Source: Escherichia phage phAPEC8. From it: a stretch of 64,000 nucleotides of DNA. Below, one piece after another: positions 61,138-64,000 of this stretch. The notes under the pieces were generated by a model. That model had not been told where the DNA came from. It did not search any database and saw only the letters and a list, made by a program, of their open reading frames with translations. How positions within the stretch are numbered: position 1 is the stretch's first letter; every line of letters starts with the position of its first letter. The stretch is taken from the sequence record NC_020079.1; one strand, 5' to 3'. The translations under genes and the position numbers were made by a program.

Positions 61138-64000
61138 ATGGCAACATTCCCAACATATCCAGCAACGTCTCTCGAACAGGGCGTAGACCTGGTTATTTTC
61201 TCATCTAACCAACTCCATGATGTTATTAATGGAAGTGCTACAGAGAGTATTGAAACAGAATCAGGGTTGATACCAACCCTGAGAAAAGCCCTTGTTGACA
61301 ACTTTTTCTTTAAAAGTCCATTAGATTGGGCGCAAGGCACAAACGAAACAGTTTTTAACCAACTTCGTTATTTCCAGAACGGGGTGTTGAGTGGTTATTA
61401 CTATGCGCCTAACGCTACACTGGTAAACCCAATTCCTATGCAAGGGACTCCAGTAGGAGATAACAACTGGGTATTGTGGGGACTGAAGACAGAACAACTA
61501 GCAACAGAAGTCACCCCTTGGGTATATTCTGGTGCAACTGGTTATGAAACAGTAATCAGTCCTCCCTACATCTTTGATAGTGCTATTGTTACGATCAATG
61601 GTGTTATTCAGGTTCTGGGAGAAGCTTTCCGCATAGAAGATAGTAAAATCATCTTATCTGAACCTTTGGGACACGATCCTGCAACAGGACTGCCAAACAA
61701 ACTTTTTGCCTATATTGGTAAAATCGTAGCTTCCGCAGATACAGATCCTAACTTAGAAAACCGTCTTGTCAGTTTAGAAACAAAAACTGAAGAACTGACA
61801 GAAAGCATGGATAAAGTACCTTTACAAACTATTGCTCGTAAATACGGTTTGTTGGATGATGAAGTAGCTTACGCAACAGCGGGTCAATCGTTAACAGGGA
61901 TTAAAGCTCTGTATGATCCAGTAGCACAATCTTCCTACACATTGCCTCCTAACATCACAGGGACTTTAACATCCTTGTCTGTTTCTGGAGTAATGACTTA
62001 TTCTGGCGGATCTGTAGATCTTTCTGCATTGGCTGTTGAACGTGGACAGTTTGTTCATTTGCCTACAAGCTTTGGTAATAACGTAACTCTGACAGCTAAA
62101 AATCAGACGATTGGACGTGGTGCTGGTCGTTATCGTTGGGCTGGGAGTTTACCAAAAAGTATTTTGGCCTCAGATACATTGGAGACAAGCGGTGGATTAG
62201 GTCCAAATGCATGGGTTCTGACCAATACAGAAGGACTGTTAACCCCTCGTGGTGGAACATACAACGATTTATTCGATGTTGTCTACTTATCAGAATTTGC
62301 TAACAACACAACAACATATACCACACCAGAAGCAGCTTTCCAAGCGGCACTGTTAGCAGCAAAAGCTTCGAAAAGCAAGATTCTCGATGCTTACGGTTGC
62401 GATATGACTTTCACGACAAGCTCTTTTGATATTCAAGGTATCACTTTGCGTGGGGGTGTGTTCCGTGGTCAACGCGACTATCGTGTGCAAAATGCTACAG
62501 TAGAAGGCACAACTTTCCGTAACTCTCGTGTTATGTATTGGGGTGGTGCTGTGCGCATGTTCGATTGTTTGTGGGACGGTGCTCCTCGCGCAGGTCAAGT
62601 TGGTAGCTTGGTATTCCAAGGCAACCCAATATCAGGTACTTTTGAAATTGATAACTGTACTTTTAAAAACGGGTTGTATGGCATCCTTCAACAAGGAACA
62701 GGGGAACCAGTAACACGTGGTGTCTTCCGTAACCTTACCTTCATGGACATGCAAGGTGATGCAATAGAACTGAACGTCATCAATAAACATTATGACGATG
62801 GTTGTGTGATTGAGAATATTTACCTGTCTAATATCGATGGGACTAACGCTCCTATTCCTCTGTCCAACTGGGGTATCGGTATCGGTGTAGCTGGTAAAGG
62901 ACCATATGGTTACGGAATCCCTGATGATCAATATTGCAAGAATATTACAATTCGTAACGTTTTTGCAAAACGTTGTCGTCAGATTGTCCACGTAGAAGTT
63001 GGTCGTAATATCTCTATCGAAAACATTCATGGCGATCCAGACCAGACCGTATCTGTTGGGACAGGTTTGGCAACTGGCGCAGTTGTAATGTATGGAAGTA
63101 AAGATTTTACGATTGACGGTGTTTACGGAGAGCCTAAAACAGACGGTAGCACACTTGCAAGTAATATCCGTATGATTTATTTGGAGTGGGGAACTAACGC
63201 AGTTCTGGACGAAGAGGGTAATCCGGTAGTTCCGGCACAGGGTAGACCTTCAAACCCATGCTTTAACTATTCTGTTCGTAATATTCACACCAAAACTGGG
63301 CGTGTTTTTGCAGGAGTTTCCGCTGGGCCAGGTTATGAAAACAGAGTTAGCTTTGAAAATATTCGTTGCGCTGCATTGCAGTTATTCGGTATAGCTTCTT
63401 GGCTTTCAATGTCTAACATCACCTGTAATATCTTCGATTGTGTTGGTCAACCTGAATCTGGTCCAGGGACATTTTATGATGGATTCTTCCGTAGAGAAAA
63501 ATCTGTTCTTGAAATGGTTAACGTGAACTGTTACCCAGATGGCAAGACGATGGTTACTGGTCGTCCACAGTGGAGCCGTTGCCGTTACTCGGATATTCAT
63601 CGTGTCAATTGTAATGTTGAAGCTAATATGTATACCAATATCGCAGGTGGTATTGGAGCTATTGTAGGGACAACGGGCAAAGTTTATTACTTAGAGCCTA
63701 ATCCTAGTCGAAACATTGATGGAATGCATTTCCCAACAGGGAAAGAGTTTGACAAAGGTGATATGATAGTCAAGGCGGATAATACGTTCTTCCTTGTAAC
63801 AACAAGTGGGGCATATATTCCAGATATCCCAGCTTTCGGTATTCGAGCTACACAGGCAGGAGATACCTTCCTGACACAGAACTTGACTCCTAACGGGACA
63901 GCAACAAATGCTTCTTGGTTGTATCATTACCCTCTGTCAGCAGGGACACGTATCCGTATTCCTGGCGCTGGTGTAGGTGGAGCAGATTTGGACACAGTTA
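61138..64000 (+). CDS. tailspike with parallel beta-helix (pectate-lyase-like depolymerase fold), 3' end beyond the window
   Basis: Hand-translated from the ATG at 61138 with no stop to 64000; repeated beta-helix-type segments (NITIRNVF, NISIENIHG, VRNIHT); absent from the ORF track because it lacks a stop. Confidence 0.5.
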   Translation, partial: MATFPTYPATSLEQGVDLVIFSSNQLHDVINGSATESIETESGLIPTLRKALVDNFFFKSPLDWAQGTNETVFNQLRYFQNGVLSGYYYAPNATLVNPIPMQGTPVGDNNWVLWGLKTEQLATEVTPWVYSGATGYETVISPPYIFDSAIVTINGVIQVLGEAFRIEDSKIILSEPLGHDPATGLPNKLFAYIGKIVASADTDPNLENRLVSLETKTEELTESMDKVPLQTIARKYGLLDDEVAYATAGQSLTGIKALYDPVAQSSYTLPPNITGTLTSLSVSGVMTYSGGSVDLSALAVERGQFVHLPTSFGNNVTLTAKNQTIGRGAGRYRWAGSLPKSILASDTLETSGGLGPNAWVLTNTEGLLTPRGGTYNDLFDVVYLSEFANNTTTYTTPEAAFQAALLAAKASKSKILDAYGCDMTFTTSSFDIQGITLRGGVFRGQRDYRVQNATVEGTTFRNSRVMYWGGAVRMFDCLWDGAPRAGQVGSLVFQGNPISGTFEIDNCTFKNGLYGILQQGTGEPVTRGVFRNLTFMDMQGDAIELNVINKHYDDGCVIENIYLSNIDGTNAPIPLSNWGIGIGVAGKGPYGYGIPDDQYCKNITIRNVFAKRCRQIVHVEVGRNISIENIHGDPDQTVSVGTGLATGAVVMYGSKDFTIDGVYGEPKTDGSTLASNIRMIYLEWGTNAVLDEEGNPVVPAQGRPSNPCFNYSVRNIHTKTGRVFAGVSAGPGYENRVSFENIRCAALQLFGIASWLSMSNITCNIFDCVGQPESGPGTFYDGFFRREKSVLEMVNVNCYPDGKTMVTGRPQWSRCRYSDIHRVNCNVEANMYTNIAGGIGAIVGTTGKVYYLEPNPSRNIDGMHFPTGKEFDKGDMIVKADNTFFLVTTSGAYIPDIPAFGIRATQAGDTFLTQNLTPNGTATNASWLYHYPLSAGTRIRIPGAGVGGADLDTV

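Noticed and set aside
61002-61340. 112-aa minus-strand ORF at the fibre/spike junction
   Set aside because: Antisense to two plus-strand genes with RBSs; no supporting signals.
1-64000. Integrase, transposase or other prophage/IS boundary
   Set aside because: No tyrosine or serine recombinase or transposase motifs were recognised; gene content (nrd, rml, tRNAs, lysozyme, structural module) fits a virulent phage; the only mobile-type elements are the intein and the HNH endonuclease.

Overview
This window is a gene-dense, AT-rich segment of a virulent contractile-tailed phage (Caudoviricetes). The host is probably an enterobacterium, inferred from sigma70-like promoters, a T4-type lysozyme and E. 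coli-like codon bias in the capsid genes. Everything here comes from reading the sequence and recalling family motifs; no searches or tools were run, and tRNA anticodons and boundaries were folded by hand. Positions 1-25693 form a leftward (minus-strand) early/middle block: a Dam-like methyltransferase, HslV-like peptidase, PhoH, lysozyme, glutaredoxin, a complete rmlDCAB dTDP-rhamnose operon, nrdB/nrdA, a ThyX-like enzyme, an HNH endonuclease, a DEDD exonuclease, an RNase H/FEN-like nuclease whose conserved N-terminus lies upstream of any ATG/GTG/TTG, RdgC-like, ligase-like and many small ORFs. Positions 25694-26164 are a divergent AT-rich control region. Positions 26165-64000 are rightward: small zinc-ribbon proteins, a tRNA operon (12 confident tRNAs plus 2 degenerate tRNA-like elements), a spanin pair, a terminase large subunit interrupted by a 159-aa mini-intein in the Walker A loop, portal, scaffold-like, decoration and lambda-E-like major capsid proteins, sheath, tube, a tail chaperone with a -1 frameshift site, tape measure, baseplate with an HxH spike, and at least four large tailspike/fibre proteins. 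The most notable observations are the rml operon embedded in the nucleotide-metabolism module next to the divergent ThyX-like gene, the terminase intein, the start-codon-less nuclease gene, and the atypical tRNAs.
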